NCBI GenBank assembly: GCA_963809485.1
Contig: CAWEJX010000015.1
Span: 160,001 to 224,000, forward strand
DNA: 64,000 nt
Reading direction: 5' to 3'
Source: an uncultured Acidobacteriota bacterium
GTDB taxonomy: Bacteria; Acidobacteriota; UBA6911
The notes beneath the pieces are model-generated. The model worked only from the letters and a program-made list of their open reading frames with translations. It had not been told where the DNA came from and ran no database searches. The translations under genes and the position numbers were made by a program. This document shows, in pieces, positions 40,048-49,974 of this stretch; positions within the stretch are counted from its first letter, which is position 1; each line of letters starts with the position of its first letter.

Positions 40048-41055
40048 ATGTCGACAACCGTAATTATCGTTAATTGGAACGGCGGCGAGTTGCTGTCCGA
40101 ATGCCTGAGACGTCTGCAGCTTCAGACTTATAAGCCGGCGCGTGTGCTGGTGGTTGATAACGCCAGCACTGACGGCTCGATAGCCGCCACCGGAATGCCG
40201 GCCGGCAGCATCGAATTGCTGCAAATGGATGTTAATCTTGGGTTTGCTGCCGCCAACAACCGTGCGCTGGCCCTCTGCGACACGGAGTTTGTGGCTCTGC
40301 TCAATCCGGATGCTTTTCCGGAACCGGACTGGCTGGAGCGCCTGGTTGCGGCAGCCCATGCCAATCCGGAAGTTGCCGCTTTCGGTTCCCGTCAGTTATG
40401 CCATGACAATCCTGAAATTCTGGACGGTGCCGGCGACACCTACCACATAAGCGGATTGGCCTGGCGTGAGCGCTATGGCATGCGGCAACAGTCGCAGGAC
40501 CTCATCTCGAGAGAGATATTTTCACCCAGCGCGGCGGCGGCTCTTTACCGGCGCCAGGCATTGCTGGATGCAGGCGGCTTTGATGAGGATTTCTTTTGCT
40601 ATTTGGAGGATGTTGACCTGGGCTTCCGCCTGCGTTTGTCGGGATACAGGGCCTTGTATGTGCCGGTTGCGGTGGTACAGCACGTGGGATCCGCCTCCAC
40701 AGGCGGTGAATGGAGCGATTTCGCCGTTTATCACGGGTTTAGAAATTCAGCATGGGTGTTTATCAAGAACATGCCCGGCATGCTGTTCTGGCCTTTGCTG
40801 CCCCTGCATGCAGCCCTCAATCTGGCGTCAATTTTGCTGTTTTCAATACGGGGCCAGGCAAAGCTGATCCTCAGGTCCAAGAAGGATGCGTTTCTCGGCA
40901 TTCCCCGTATGTGGCGGAAGCGGCGTGAAATCCAGAAGAACAGTGTCGTCTCCGCCGGCATAATCTGGAAAGCTCTGGACAAGCGGATTTTTATTCCCTT
41001 CAACCCGCATGCTCGACGAAACGCGACTAAAAACAGGCGCCTGTTCGGCGAGTAG
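40048..41055 (+). CDS. GT2 glycosyltransferase (WbbL-like)
   Basis: 'IVNWNG', 'VDNASTDGS', 'NLGFAAANN', 'LLNPD', 'FDEDFFCYLEDVDL'. Confidence 0.92.
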   Translation: MSTTVIIVNWNGGELLSECLRRLQLQTYKPARVLVVDNASTDGSIAATGMPAGSIELLQMDVNLGFAAANNRALALCDTEFVALLNPDAFPEPDWLERLVAAAHANPEVAAFGSRQLCHDNPEILDGAGDTYHISGLAWRERYGMRQQSQDLISREIFSPSAAAALYRRQALLDAGGFDEDFFCYLEDVDLGFRLRLSGYRALYVPVAVVQHVGSASTGGEWSDFAVYHGFRNSAWVFIKNMPGMLFWPLLPLHAALNLASILLFSIRGQAKLILRSKKDAFLGIPRMWRKRREIQKNSVVSAGIIWKALDKRIFIPFNPHARRNATKNRRLFGE

Positions 41056-41324
41056 GAATAGCCCCAGCCATCGGTAGGAATAACCTTTTCTGCGTCCGCC
41101 GGGACCGGCTGCATGTCCGATTAGCTACGTTTGGCCTGTATGTGGATCATGGGCGCTACTGTGGCAGCTAATCTGCTCTATCTCAATTTCCACACGGTGA
41201 ATGGCAGCTTTAGCCTGGTGCAGCAGAGATCCGATTTCTGCCAGTTTTAGGATATTGCAAATGAATGCATTCTGACTTAAGTGAAATAGAACAGACTTCA
41301 TCCCGCCTTGCCATTAGTTAGTTT

Positions 41325-41585
41325 CTGTCGCGAAACGTAACAATGACCGATTGGCCCAAAGCCCCGAAGGGGTGAAAGAGAATAGCCGGGGGCGCAAGCC
41401 CCCGGATAGGACATTGCATTAAAGTGAGCCCCGTAAGGGGCGAAAGGTTTTATATGGCAATGCTTTCTGTTGCCCCTTCAGGGCTATTTTCTTGCCGATT
41501 CTTGCCGGGGGTTCGCTTAGCTCATCCCTGGCTATTCTCTGATCGCCCCTTGCGGGGCTTGGTTAAAAAACCTGTTTCGCGACAG
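41325..41585. mobile_element. MITE-like element: 12-bp terminal inverted repeats enclosing a multi-hairpin REP-like core
   Basis: ctgtcgcgaaac (41325-41336) / gtttcgcgacag (41574-41585); internal hairpins gccccgaaggggt, ccgggggcgcaagcccccgg, gccccgtaaggggc; no transposase. Confidence 0.65.
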
Positions 41586-41698
41586 TCCACCATGCGCCGA
41601 GGCGCACCCAAGCGCATGAAAATCGGATTCGCCGACGCGCAATTTGGTGAATGAAGGGCGTAACTGATTCATCAGCTTCGCTATTTTCGAAGCAGAAA

Positions 41699-42943
41699 CT
41701 AGTTAACTAAAACTGGAATCCTAGCTAGAATTCCGTAATTTTGCCCTCCTGTAACGCCCACAGGAACGTGGGGAGAGCAATCGGGCATAATATACAAGGA
41801 CTTGTGCGCAAAACCGACGGGGGAGCCATCAAAATTCTGTATGTTGAAATAGGAAACAAAAGAAGCCCAGCACTCTGAGTCAGAATCACTTGGAGGGCAG
41901 GTCCAATCGCCCATTTTCCTTGGTACAGGGCCTGCGCCGCCCCACTCTGTTATCCACAGGATATTTAGTTCGACGGCACCAACAAGCGTAGAGCAAGGCC
42001 CTATGCTGCCTCCAGGGCAGTCGATTACCGGCAGCATAAGCGGCCACGGCTGGTCAGGTATACCATCAGTATTGGTGTCCAAGGATAAATTATTGAGCCA
42101 GCAATCACGTAGCGGTTTGTAAACACTATTAACTTGGCCGTTGGTTGTTCCCATGGATTCACCAAGCGTAAGCTCATACATATTTGCCCCAGACCCTGTA
42201 CAAACGAGGGGGCTTATTGAAGAAGCGCTTGCTGTTTGGCAAGGCTGGGTTAAATTGGTCCACGCTGCAGAATCTATGGTAGCAGGCATCATTCGACCCG
42301 TAGAACAATTGAACCTATTGCCGGCGTCTAAAATGGCCTGTTTGCAAATGGCGATGGGTTGGGAAACTTCCAGCGGCTCAAGTTTTCCCGCAAATCCGAT
42401 ATATGCTACAGCCTCAGCCGAAACATTAAATCCCGTCCAGCCCATGATTCTGGCGAAAAAGGACTCCGCCTGGGTACCTTGCCTTCTCGCTGTAACTTTG
42501 ACTGCATTGATAAAATTAGGATTTGCATCTAGTTCCGCTGACGTTACATTCCAGAGATCCACCACATTGGTTGATGAATTTGCCGTGAAAGTCCTGGTGG
42601 CAAAACTCCAGTGCCCCCTCTGGACATCATCTGAGTTCGTATATGGGTTCAGGACTTCCACGCTGACCTTCTCGCTTTTGTTGGCTATTGCGGCATTATA
42701 GGCATAATCATTGGCGCTAACGTTAATTGCCGTTCCGTCGCTGTTGTATAGCTGTCGCGCTCCCGCTAGAGCTCCAGCATCGGCAGCGTTGTGAAGCTCA
42801 TTTCTAACAACATAAAGGTGCGCAATGTCCACGGCCATAGCGGTAAATGCCACAAACACGATCGCCAATAAGGCCACCATAACAAGAGTCACACCGTCTT
42901 CATCCCGCAGCCTGATGCATTTTAGCTTTTTGAAATTGCTCAT
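41699..42943 (-). CDS. TadG-like pseudopilin with a Cys-rich C-terminal domain (no vWA)
   Basis: 'DEDG/VTLVMVALL...AMAVDIAH...ELHNAADAGALAGA' Tad N-terminus. Confidence 0.85.
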   Translation of the reverse strand: MSNFKKLKCIRLRDEDGVTLVMVALLAIVFVAFTAMAVDIAHLYVVRNELHNAADAGALAGARQLYNSDGTAINVSANDYAYNAAIANKSEKVSVEVLNPYTNSDDVQRGHWSFATRTFTANSSTNVVDLWNVTSAELDANPNFINAVKVTARRQGTQAESFFARIMGWTGFNVSAEAVAYIGFAGKLEPLEVSQPIAICKQAILDAGNRFNCSTGRMMPATIDSAAWTNLTQPCQTASASSISPLVCTGSGANMYELTLGESMGTTNGQVNSVYKPLRDCWLNNLSLDTNTDGIPDQPWPLMLPVIDCPGGSIGPCSTLVGAVELNILWITEWGGAGPVPRKMGDWTCPPSDSDSECWASFVSYFNIQNFDGSPVGFAHKSLYIMPDCSPHVPVGVTGGQNYGILARIPVLVN

Positions 42944-42944
42944 T

Positions 42945-43388
42945 TTATTCCAGCCTCATGATTGTCTGCGAACTTAGATCAATCGTATTGCCTAAACCTA
43001 AGAACCTTGGAAGCGCCAGAAATGAATGCGTATAGGTGACTGTAACATCAATGGATCCGCTACCGCCGTTTTTGGGACTCGTTCCGGTTGTAGGTGCCGC
43101 AACCGTAGCAAATGTCGCACCCGCGAAATTTATCAGCTTGTTTTGCAGATAGTTGTCGACCACTGTCTGTATCTCGGCCACCGTATGTGGCACAAAGTTG
43201 CCGCTGGTATCAGCCTGAAATACAATGCCGGCTCTTGCACCTTCACGGCTGGCATTTGTTATCATCGCGTGGTTGTAAAAAAGAACGCCGCAATCAATAA
43301 GGCCCAGAACTAGAATAAGTATTAATGGAAGCACGCAAGCAAGTTCTATGATGGCCTGCCCGTTGCTCGATTTTAACATTTTTGCCAT
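42945..43388 (-). CDS. TadE-like pseudopilin
   Basis: 'G/QAIIELA...ASREGAR'. Confidence 0.9.
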   Translation of the reverse strand: MAKMLKSSNGQAIIELACVLPLILILVLGLIDCGVLFYNHAMITNASREGARAGIVFQADTSGNFVPHTVAEIQTVVDNYLQNKLINFAGATFATVAAPTTGTSPKNGGSGSIDVTVTYTHSFLALPRFLGLGNTIDLSSQTIMRLE

Positions 43389-43417
43389 GATTTTGCTCTT
43401 TCTGCTACATGGTTTCC

Positions 43418-43918
43418 CTATTCCATCCTCATAATCGTCCTTGCGGCCAGGTTTAGCGTTCCGCCTCCAATTATTGCAAGCCTTGGCAATACCAGAAAGG
43501 TGTATGTGAATGCCACATCCACCCTGAGCCGTTCACCATTTCCGTGTGATGACGGAAGCGTCGTGGCCCACGTAGCTCCTCCATCGGTTGACCACATTGC
43601 GGTCACACCTGTTGCCGCATTAAATGGTGTGCCGAAAGTCAACAGGCCGGGCTGCAGATAATTGCTGACGACAGTTCGTATTTCAGCCTCTGTTAAAGGC
43701 GAATAATTAAAAGCGCTCGAATCCGCGCGAAATACAGCGCCTGCCCGTGCCCCTTCCCGGCTGGCTCTGGTTATCATGGCTTTGTCATACATAATAATGC
43801 TGAATTCGACAATGCCGAGAATCAATACAAGCAATAGGGTTATTATGAAGGCAAATTCGATTAGGGTTTGTCCGCGGCTTGATTTGAATTTACTTATCAT
43901 GGCTCTCTGCTCTTTCAT
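43418..43918 (-). CDS. TadE-like pseudopilin
   Basis: 'RG/QTLIEFA...ASREGAR'. Confidence 0.9.
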   Translation of the reverse strand: MKEQRAMISKFKSSRGQTLIEFAFIITLLLVLILGIVEFSIIMYDKAMITRASREGARAGAVFRADSSAFNYSPLTEAEIRTVVSNYLQPGLLTFGTPFNAATGVTAMWSTDGGATWATTLPSSHGNGERLRVDVAFTYTFLVLPRLAIIGGGTLNLAARTIMRME

Positions 43919-45043
43919 CGCAACGCATCCTCACCATCAAATGCTCGAACAGATCCGTTGCTACATCAAAAAAGTCCCAATCAAAATCTTTATCGTGCAA
44001 ATACGCAAATTTTAGTAGCATTATATAAAATATAGTCCAACCACACAACGGATTGAGGATTGTGTGCAACAATTCTGCGTCTCAAAAAGCTGATAATCAT
44101 AAGGCTTGAACCGGATTTTGTGGCGATACAGATTCTGGCTCGCAACAAAGCTTTTTCGCGGGAACAGCTGTCCCCCCTTTCCAATTTCCATGCCGCGATC
44201 TGCCGAAAAGCAGGCAAAATCCGCACCACAACACCTAATCTTGCACTTAATCACGGCAAGCGCCAAATGCCATATGTAATTAAGACGATTATGATTCCCA
44301 CTTTCAGGATTGACAGACACATAAAAGTGTAAAAAAGTCCGACAACTGCCAGACAACATTCCCGAAATAATTGCGGATGTTATTGGGTTAGAAAGGCTTA
44401 TGGTTACAGGCAGGTTTGTAAAGAACAGCGACACTTGTTGCAGGATTTCCGACCGGCCACCTGCCATATCGCAGCGTTGGATTTCTTCGCTGCAGCGAGC
44501 ACTTCCGACCGGATGCTTGATTTTTCAAAGCCTGAAGCTGCAGTCATCGATTTCGCGGGCGGCCTTCCAGCCCTTACAAAATCCTCAAAATGCTGTTGGG
44601 GTGGAATCGGGCGGGTCTGGAGACCCTTCCTCACTGCTCTGATGATTAATGTCTAAAATCAATATTTAGAGCGTGGCGTCCCAGGAGCGCTTTCGCTCTG
44701 CGATCATGATGCTTTCGATTTGGCGCGGGATTAAGCTGGCGAGGTTGCAGCTGGGCGGGTGGAAACGGAGGAAGAGTTTTTTATAATTGTTCAAAAAGTA
44801 TTGACAATCCGATCCTTTCGATTTGGTAACGTTAGATCACCCCTGTAGTTTATCCGAATCCAGCCGGGAAACAGAAATGCGCAAAGTATGTGTAAACTAC
44901 ATACGCATAATGGCCGATCTGTAAGGAATAAGCAGGATAGTTATAGGTATTTTCATGCGCTGGGGATGAAAGCCTTCGAGTATCGTTGAAGCCTGGATTT
45001 CACTGAAGCAGCAGCTTTGCGCACTAATGTGGAGTTCATCGCT

Positions 45044-45550
45044 ATGTTTAGGATAAACAGCAAATCAGGTCGTTGGTCCGTTGCGGAAAAGCGATGTCAT
45101 TCGGAAAAAGGTCAGGGTGTGGTCGAGCTTGCAGTAGTGCTGCCGATCCTCCTTTTATTCATCTTCGCCATCGCCGATTTCAGCATCCTGTTTTATGAGT
45201 ACCAGTCCATGGAACACGGAATCAGTGAAGCCACACGCTATGGCATCACGGGACAGCAGATGCCTGATCCCGATAATCCTGGAGATTATCTCTCCCGGGA
45301 GGATTCCATGAAAAGGGTCATGCGCAACAATAATCTCAGTATTGTCCTCGATAACAGCTCCTTTACCTTCGAACATCTGAATGGAGCAGTCTGGACTGCA
45401 GGGTCCGGAGGGCCAGGGGATGTTTTCAAGATGACCGTGAACTACAACTGGAAGCCGATTACGCCCTTGATCAGCGTTTTCCTCACAGGCGGGCAGATGC
45501 CGCTCCGAGTATCCTCGACCGTGAAAAGTGAAGGCTATCCTACATCCTAG
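45044..45550 (+). CDS. TadE-like pseudopilin (copy A)
   Basis: 'KG/QGVVELA...EATRYG'; GGAG RBS before ATG 45044. Confidence 0.9.
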   Translation: MFRINSKSGRWSVAEKRCHSEKGQGVVELAVVLPILLLFIFAIADFSILFYEYQSMEHGISEATRYGITGQQMPDPDNPGDYLSREDSMKRVMRNNNLSIVLDNSSFTFEHLNGAVWTAGSGGPGDVFKMTVNYNWKPITPLISVFLTGGQMPLRVSSTVKSEGYPTS

Positions 45551-46223
45551 AAACCGGCTTGAAAGGTCTTTTATGGAAGACGCGCCTTTTGAAACACCGA
45601 ATAGCTCGGCAAAAACTATTTATGGGACAAATCCGATGCCGGCATCGAAATTCCGTTCCTCGCGCGGCCAGGTGCTCCTGGAATTCGCCATTGTTTTGCC
45701 TCTGCTTCTTGTGACTGTTCTGGGAGTTATCGATGTGTCCTACTTCCTGTACGATCAGCATATCATCACCCGGTTGACACGAGAGGGCTCCAACCTCATT
45801 TCCCGAGATGTCACCATATCGGATGCGGCCACAGCCATGACGAGCATGGTAAATCCGCCGGTTAACCTGAGCAGCGGCAACTCCAGGCTGATATTCACCG
45901 TCCTCACCAAATGCAGCAGCGGAGTCAATTATGACTATGTGATTGTGTATCAAAGATACCAGGTCGGCAGTTTGGCAGCCTCGAGCGCCTTCACCACCCA
46001 GGGGCCGATATCCTCAGCATTCGGCCCCGCACCGGACTACATCGCGCTAAATCCGAGCAGCAATACCAATCTCCGCGTTACAAATGTTCCTTCCAGCCTG
46101 AGCATAAGCCAAGGCCAATTTGTATATGTCACGGAGATCTATTCCCGGCACGGCCTGATCACTCCCTTTAGCAATTTCGGAATCAGCCTGCCTTCAACCC
46201 TTTATTCCATTGCCTATTTCTGA
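45528..46223 (+). CDS. TadE/TadF-like pseudopilin (copy A)
   Basis: 'RG/QVLLEFA...TREG'; the true start may be a downstream ATG. Confidence 0.88.
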   Translation: MKAILHPRNRLERSFMEDAPFETPNSSAKTIYGTNPMPASKFRSSRGQVLLEFAIVLPLLLVTVLGVIDVSYFLYDQHIITRLTREGSNLISRDVTISDAATAMTSMVNPPVNLSSGNSRLIFTVLTKCSSGVNYDYVIVYQRYQVGSLAASSAFTTQGPISSAFGPAPDYIALNPSSNTNLRVTNVPSSLSISQGQFVYVTEIYSRHGLITPFSNFGISLPSTLYSIAYF

Positions 46224-46236
46224 TCCAGGAGGAGAA

Positions 46237-47730
46237 ATGCAGATTTCGACCCGCAAATCACGAGCCCGTGCCGGTGAAGAAGGAGCAGCCCTCATCCTGG
46301 TGACCGCTTTTCTGATCGTTTTGCTGTTGTTTACAGGTCTTGCGATCGACCTGGGCCGGGCCTATATATTGAAGGCCCAGCTGACCAAAGCCGTCGACGG
46401 AGCTGCGTTGGCGGCGGCGAGAGCGCTCAGCACAACAACTACGCCGGAGAGGGACGAGGCTATCCGAATCTTTCGGGCCAACTTCCCAAGCGGTTATATG
46501 GGCACCAGCTCTGTCACGGATCCCACCGCCGACCCTGATTTTTTTAACAAAACCTACGACCGGGAATCGGGCGCCAATATTATCACCGTCCGGGCTCAGG
46601 CCATGCTGCCGGTTACCTTTATGCGATTGGCAGGATTTGATCAGGTCACCGTCGGCGGCATGGGTGAAGCCAGGCGGCGATTGGTCGATCTGTCCCTGGT
46701 GATTGACACCTCCGCATCAATCGGATCCAAGTGGGGTGACGTCCGGGATGCTGCACGAACATTTATCAATTCCTTCGATTCATCGTACGACCGGATTTCC
46801 GTGACACTTTTCAGCAATGGAGCACACGTAAGTTATCAAATGCCGTCGACGCTCGGCTTTAACAAAACATCCGCAGTGAACGCTGTTCCGAGCAGCCTCC
46901 CAGGCGGCTCTACGGCGATGGTCGAGGGCCTCTATCGCGGCTGGGATGAACTGAGATCCGTGCCGTCCGGCTCTCAATCAGGTTTGAGAGTTATTGTGCT
47001 TTTTACGGATGGATGCTCAAACAATGTCCCCGGCTACTATACCTATAAAGGTACGCTAAGGAGTACAGTCACGGGCTATCGCACCTACGATTTTCCATAT
47101 TACCCGCCCGATCCGGATGGCATGACGCACAACGACCCTAATCTGGAGGGGTTGTTCTATACGGATTGCACCTCGGGTGCGCCCAATTGCGGCAGGGCAT
47201 TTGGTTCCAGCATTTCCCAAACGGTTAATCCCTGGAGCAGCACTTACGTCCACCCGGATGTACCTTGGTTACCTGCGACAAGTTCCCACGCTAACCACCG
47301 AAGCTCGGGCATACCGACAACTTTCCCCTTGCAGACCAGCATGATCATTGTTGATGGGGCTCCTCAGAGCTCAGCCCGCGGGCTGAGGAATTTGTCCGCC
47401 GGCAAATACCCTGCGGATATCTGGAACACCAACAATGCGGCCAGAAACTTGCTGGAGATTATTGCATACACGGCGCGCAGCGAATACCCAACGGTCGGCG
47501 ACTATCCAATCAGGATTTACACCATTGGAATGGGCGAACTGCTCAGGTATTACTTGGGAACCCGCCCGGAACAGCCGGAAGCCATTCTAAAGCGGATTGC
47601 CAACGACAAGACTTCGCCCGATTACAATTCTGGCCAGGTCGCCGGCAAATATTACTTTGCAGAGACTTCAAGCGATGTAAATCCGGCGTTCCAGGCCCTC
47701 CGCAACGAAATTGTTCGCCTCAGCAAATAG
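46237..47730 (+). CDS. TadG-like pseudopilin with vWA domain (copy A)
   Basis: 'EEG/AALIL...AIDLGR...AVDGAALAAA', MIDAS 'DTSAS', 'GGST', 'VIVLFTDG', 'IYTIG'; GGAGGAG RBS. Confidence 0.92.
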   Translation: MQISTRKSRARAGEEGAALILVTAFLIVLLLFTGLAIDLGRAYILKAQLTKAVDGAALAAARALSTTTTPERDEAIRIFRANFPSGYMGTSSVTDPTADPDFFNKTYDRESGANIITVRAQAMLPVTFMRLAGFDQVTVGGMGEARRRLVDLSLVIDTSASIGSKWGDVRDAARTFINSFDSSYDRISVTLFSNGAHVSYQMPSTLGFNKTSAVNAVPSSLPGGSTAMVEGLYRGWDELRSVPSGSQSGLRVIVLFTDGCSNNVPGYYTYKGTLRSTVTGYRTYDFPYYPPDPDGMTHNDPNLEGLFYTDCTSGAPNCGRAFGSSISQTVNPWSSTYVHPDVPWLPATSSHANHRSSGIPTTFPLQTSMIIVDGAPQSSARGLRNLSAGKYPADIWNTNNAARNLLEIIAYTARSEYPTVGDYPIRIYTIGMGELLRYYLGTRPEQPEAILKRIANDKTSPDYNSGQVAGKYYFAETSSDVNPAFQALRNEIVRLSK

Positions 47731-47780
47731 CTCGACGGTAGTGCGGCCGCTCAGTCAGGCATGTTCTCAACCGAAGGCTA

Positions 47781-47853
47781 CAGGCCCCAGGTTACAGGGT
47801 TACAGGTTACAGCATGAAAATTTGAAACTGCAACCTGTAACCAGAACGGGCAT
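47781..47853. repeat. Heptamer-repeat palindromic element (AGGTTAC)n; inverted relative at 52957-53025
   Basis: caggttacagggttacaggttacag...tgcaacctgtaaccagaacgggcat; the reverse complement of 52957-53025 ends ttgaaacctgcaactggaacctgaacgggcat. Confidence 0.6.
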
Positions 47854-48149
47854 GCCCGGATGCGCGTCTCATCACGGAATCCCGTGAGAAATTCAGGCTA
47901 ACAGTTGAGGCGCCAATCACCTACCGGATAACTCGTCTTCTCCTGAATCAGCCGCAACCTGCAGAGCGGATGGTATGAGGAGACCCCCAAGATGGAAGCA
48001 GCGCTACAACGGGGCGAAATACCAGGGCGACCTCGCTTTTCGCGGTCAATCCTGGACTCTGGGACTCAGCCCCTATGATTGTGCAGCGGTTTTGAGACAG
48101 TCTCTGGCGCCCCGTCCTCACTGGTCTGATGATTAATGTCTAAATCAAT

Positions 48150-48360
48150 ATTTAGAGCGTGGCGTCCCAGGAGCGCTTTCGCTCTACGACCATGGCGCTT
48201 TCGATTTGGCGCGGGGTTAAGCCGGCGAGGAGCTTGCCGGTTCTGGCATATCGGTACATCCCCACCGTGAAAATCCCCTTAATTGCCGTGGAGATGGCCG
48301 CAAGTATCAGTATCTAGCAGACTACAAGGATGATTGTCCGAGCGCGATCGATGCAGAACG
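48150..48360 (-). pseudogene. Decayed 3' fragment of a DUF6159 gene
   Basis: Aligns to 53155-53350 (e.g. cccagga..gctttcgctctacg, ctggcata.cggtaca, gccgcaagtatcag); contains a stop where the intact gene has Trp/Tyr codons. Confidence 0.75.
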
Positions 48361-48781
48361 GCATCCACACTGACCCAAACTTCCCGGCATTTGACCTATC
48401 ACGAGCTTTTTGCACTTTCCCCCTATCACATCCAGGATGCCGATAGCCTGGTATTTTCCATTGTCTGAAGGCCGCCGTCGAAGCTGCAGCTGCGCTGGTG
48501 GAAACGGAGGAAGAGTTTTTACAATTGTTTAGAATGGATTGACAATCGGATCCTTTTGATTTGCTAACCTTGGATCACCCTTCCCGATAATCAAAACCCA
48601 GCCGAGAAACAGGAATGCGCAAAGTATGTGTAAACGCCATACGCCTGATGGCCGATCCGTAAGGAATAAGCAGGATAGTTATAGGTATTTTCATGCGCTG
48701 GGGATGAAAGCCTTCGAGTATCGTTGAAGCCTGGATTTCACCGAAGCAGCAGCTTCGCGCACTAATGTGGAGTTCATCGCT

Positions 48782-49288
48782 ATGTTTAGGATAAACAGCA
48801 AATCAAGTCGTTGGTCCGTTCCGGAAAAGCGATGTCATTCGGAAAAAGGTCAGGGTGTGATCGAGCTTGCAGTCGTGCTGCCGATCCTCCTTTTGCTCAT
48901 CTTCGCCATCGCCGATTTCAGCATCCTGTTTTATGAGTACCAGTCCATGGAACACGGAATCAGTGAAGCCACACGCTATGGCATCACGGGACAGCAGATG
49001 CCTGATCCCGATAACCCTGGAGATTATCTCTCCCGGGAGGATTCCATGAAAAGGGTCATGCGCAACAATAATCTCAGTATTGTCCTCGACAACAGCTCCT
49101 TTACCTTCGAACATCTGAATGGAACAGTCTGGACTGCGGGGTCCGGAGGGCCAGGGGATGTTTTCAAGATGACCGTGAACTACAACTGGAAGCCGATTAC
49201 GCCCTTGATCAGCGTTTTCCTCACAGGCGGGCAGATGCCGCTCCGAGTGTCCTCGACGGTGAAAAGTGAAGGCTATCCTACATCCTAA
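48782..49288 (+). CDS. TadE-like pseudopilin (copy B)
   Basis: Differs from copy A at a handful of residues. Confidence 0.9.
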   Translation: MFRINSKSSRWSVPEKRCHSEKGQGVIELAVVLPILLLLIFAIADFSILFYEYQSMEHGISEATRYGITGQQMPDPDNPGDYLSREDSMKRVMRNNNLSIVLDNSSFTFEHLNGTVWTAGSGGPGDVFKMTVNYNWKPITPLISVFLTGGQMPLRVSSTVKSEGYPTS

Positions 49289-49961
49289 AAACCGGCTTGA
49301 AAGGTCTTTTATGGAAGACGCAACTTTTGAAACACCGAATAGCTCAGCAAAAACTATTTATAGGACAAATCCGATGCCGGCATCGAAATTCCGTTCCTCG
49401 CGCGGCCAGGTGCTCCTGGAATTCGCCATTGTTTTGCCTCTGCTTCTTGTGACTGTTCTGGGAGTTATCGATGTGTCCTACTTCCTGTACGATCAGCATA
49501 TCATCACCCGGTTGACACGAGAGGGCTCCAACCTCATTTCCCGAGATGTCACCATATCGGATGCGGCCACAGCCATGACGAGCATGGTAAATCCGCCGGT
49601 TAACCTGAGCAGCGGCAACTCCAGGCTGATATTCACCGTCCTCACCAAATGCGGCAGCGGAGCCAATTATGACTATGTGATTGTGTATCAAAGATACCAG
49701 GTCGGCAGTTTGGCAGCCTCGAGCGCCTTCACCACCCAGGGGCCGATATCCTCAGCATTCGGCCCCGCACCGGACTACATCGCGCTAAATCCGAGCAGCA
49801 ATACCAATCTCCGCGTTACAAATGTTCCTTCCAGCCTGAGCATCAACCAGGGCCAATTTGTATATGTCACGGAGATCTATTCCCGGCACGGCCTGATCAC
49901 TCCCTTTAGCAATTTCGGGATCAGTTTGCCTTCAACCCTTTATTCCATTGCCTATTTCTGA
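49266..49961 (+). CDS. TadE/TadF-like pseudopilin (copy B)
   Basis: Differs from copy A at a handful of residues. Confidence 0.88.
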   Translation: MKAILHPKNRLERSFMEDATFETPNSSAKTIYRTNPMPASKFRSSRGQVLLEFAIVLPLLLVTVLGVIDVSYFLYDQHIITRLTREGSNLISRDVTISDAATAMTSMVNPPVNLSSGNSRLIFTVLTKCGSGANYDYVIVYQRYQVGSLAASSAFTTQGPISSAFGPAPDYIALNPSSNTNLRVTNVPSSLSINQGQFVYVTEIYSRHGLITPFSNFGISLPSTLYSIAYF

Positions 49962-49974
49962 TCCAGGAGGAGAA

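Larger units (their letters stand above)
44609..47730 (+). repeat. Tandem duplication, copy A (REP + DUF6159 remnant + upstream region + tadE-tadF-tadG)
   Basis: Aligns by eye to 48101-51471; lacks the segment equivalent to ~48230-48480. Confidence 0.9.

Noticed and set aside
43990-44656. Short ORFs between the divergent tad cassettes, and 24814-25176
   Set aside because: No RBS or motif support; they overlap repeats and probable regulatory DNA.
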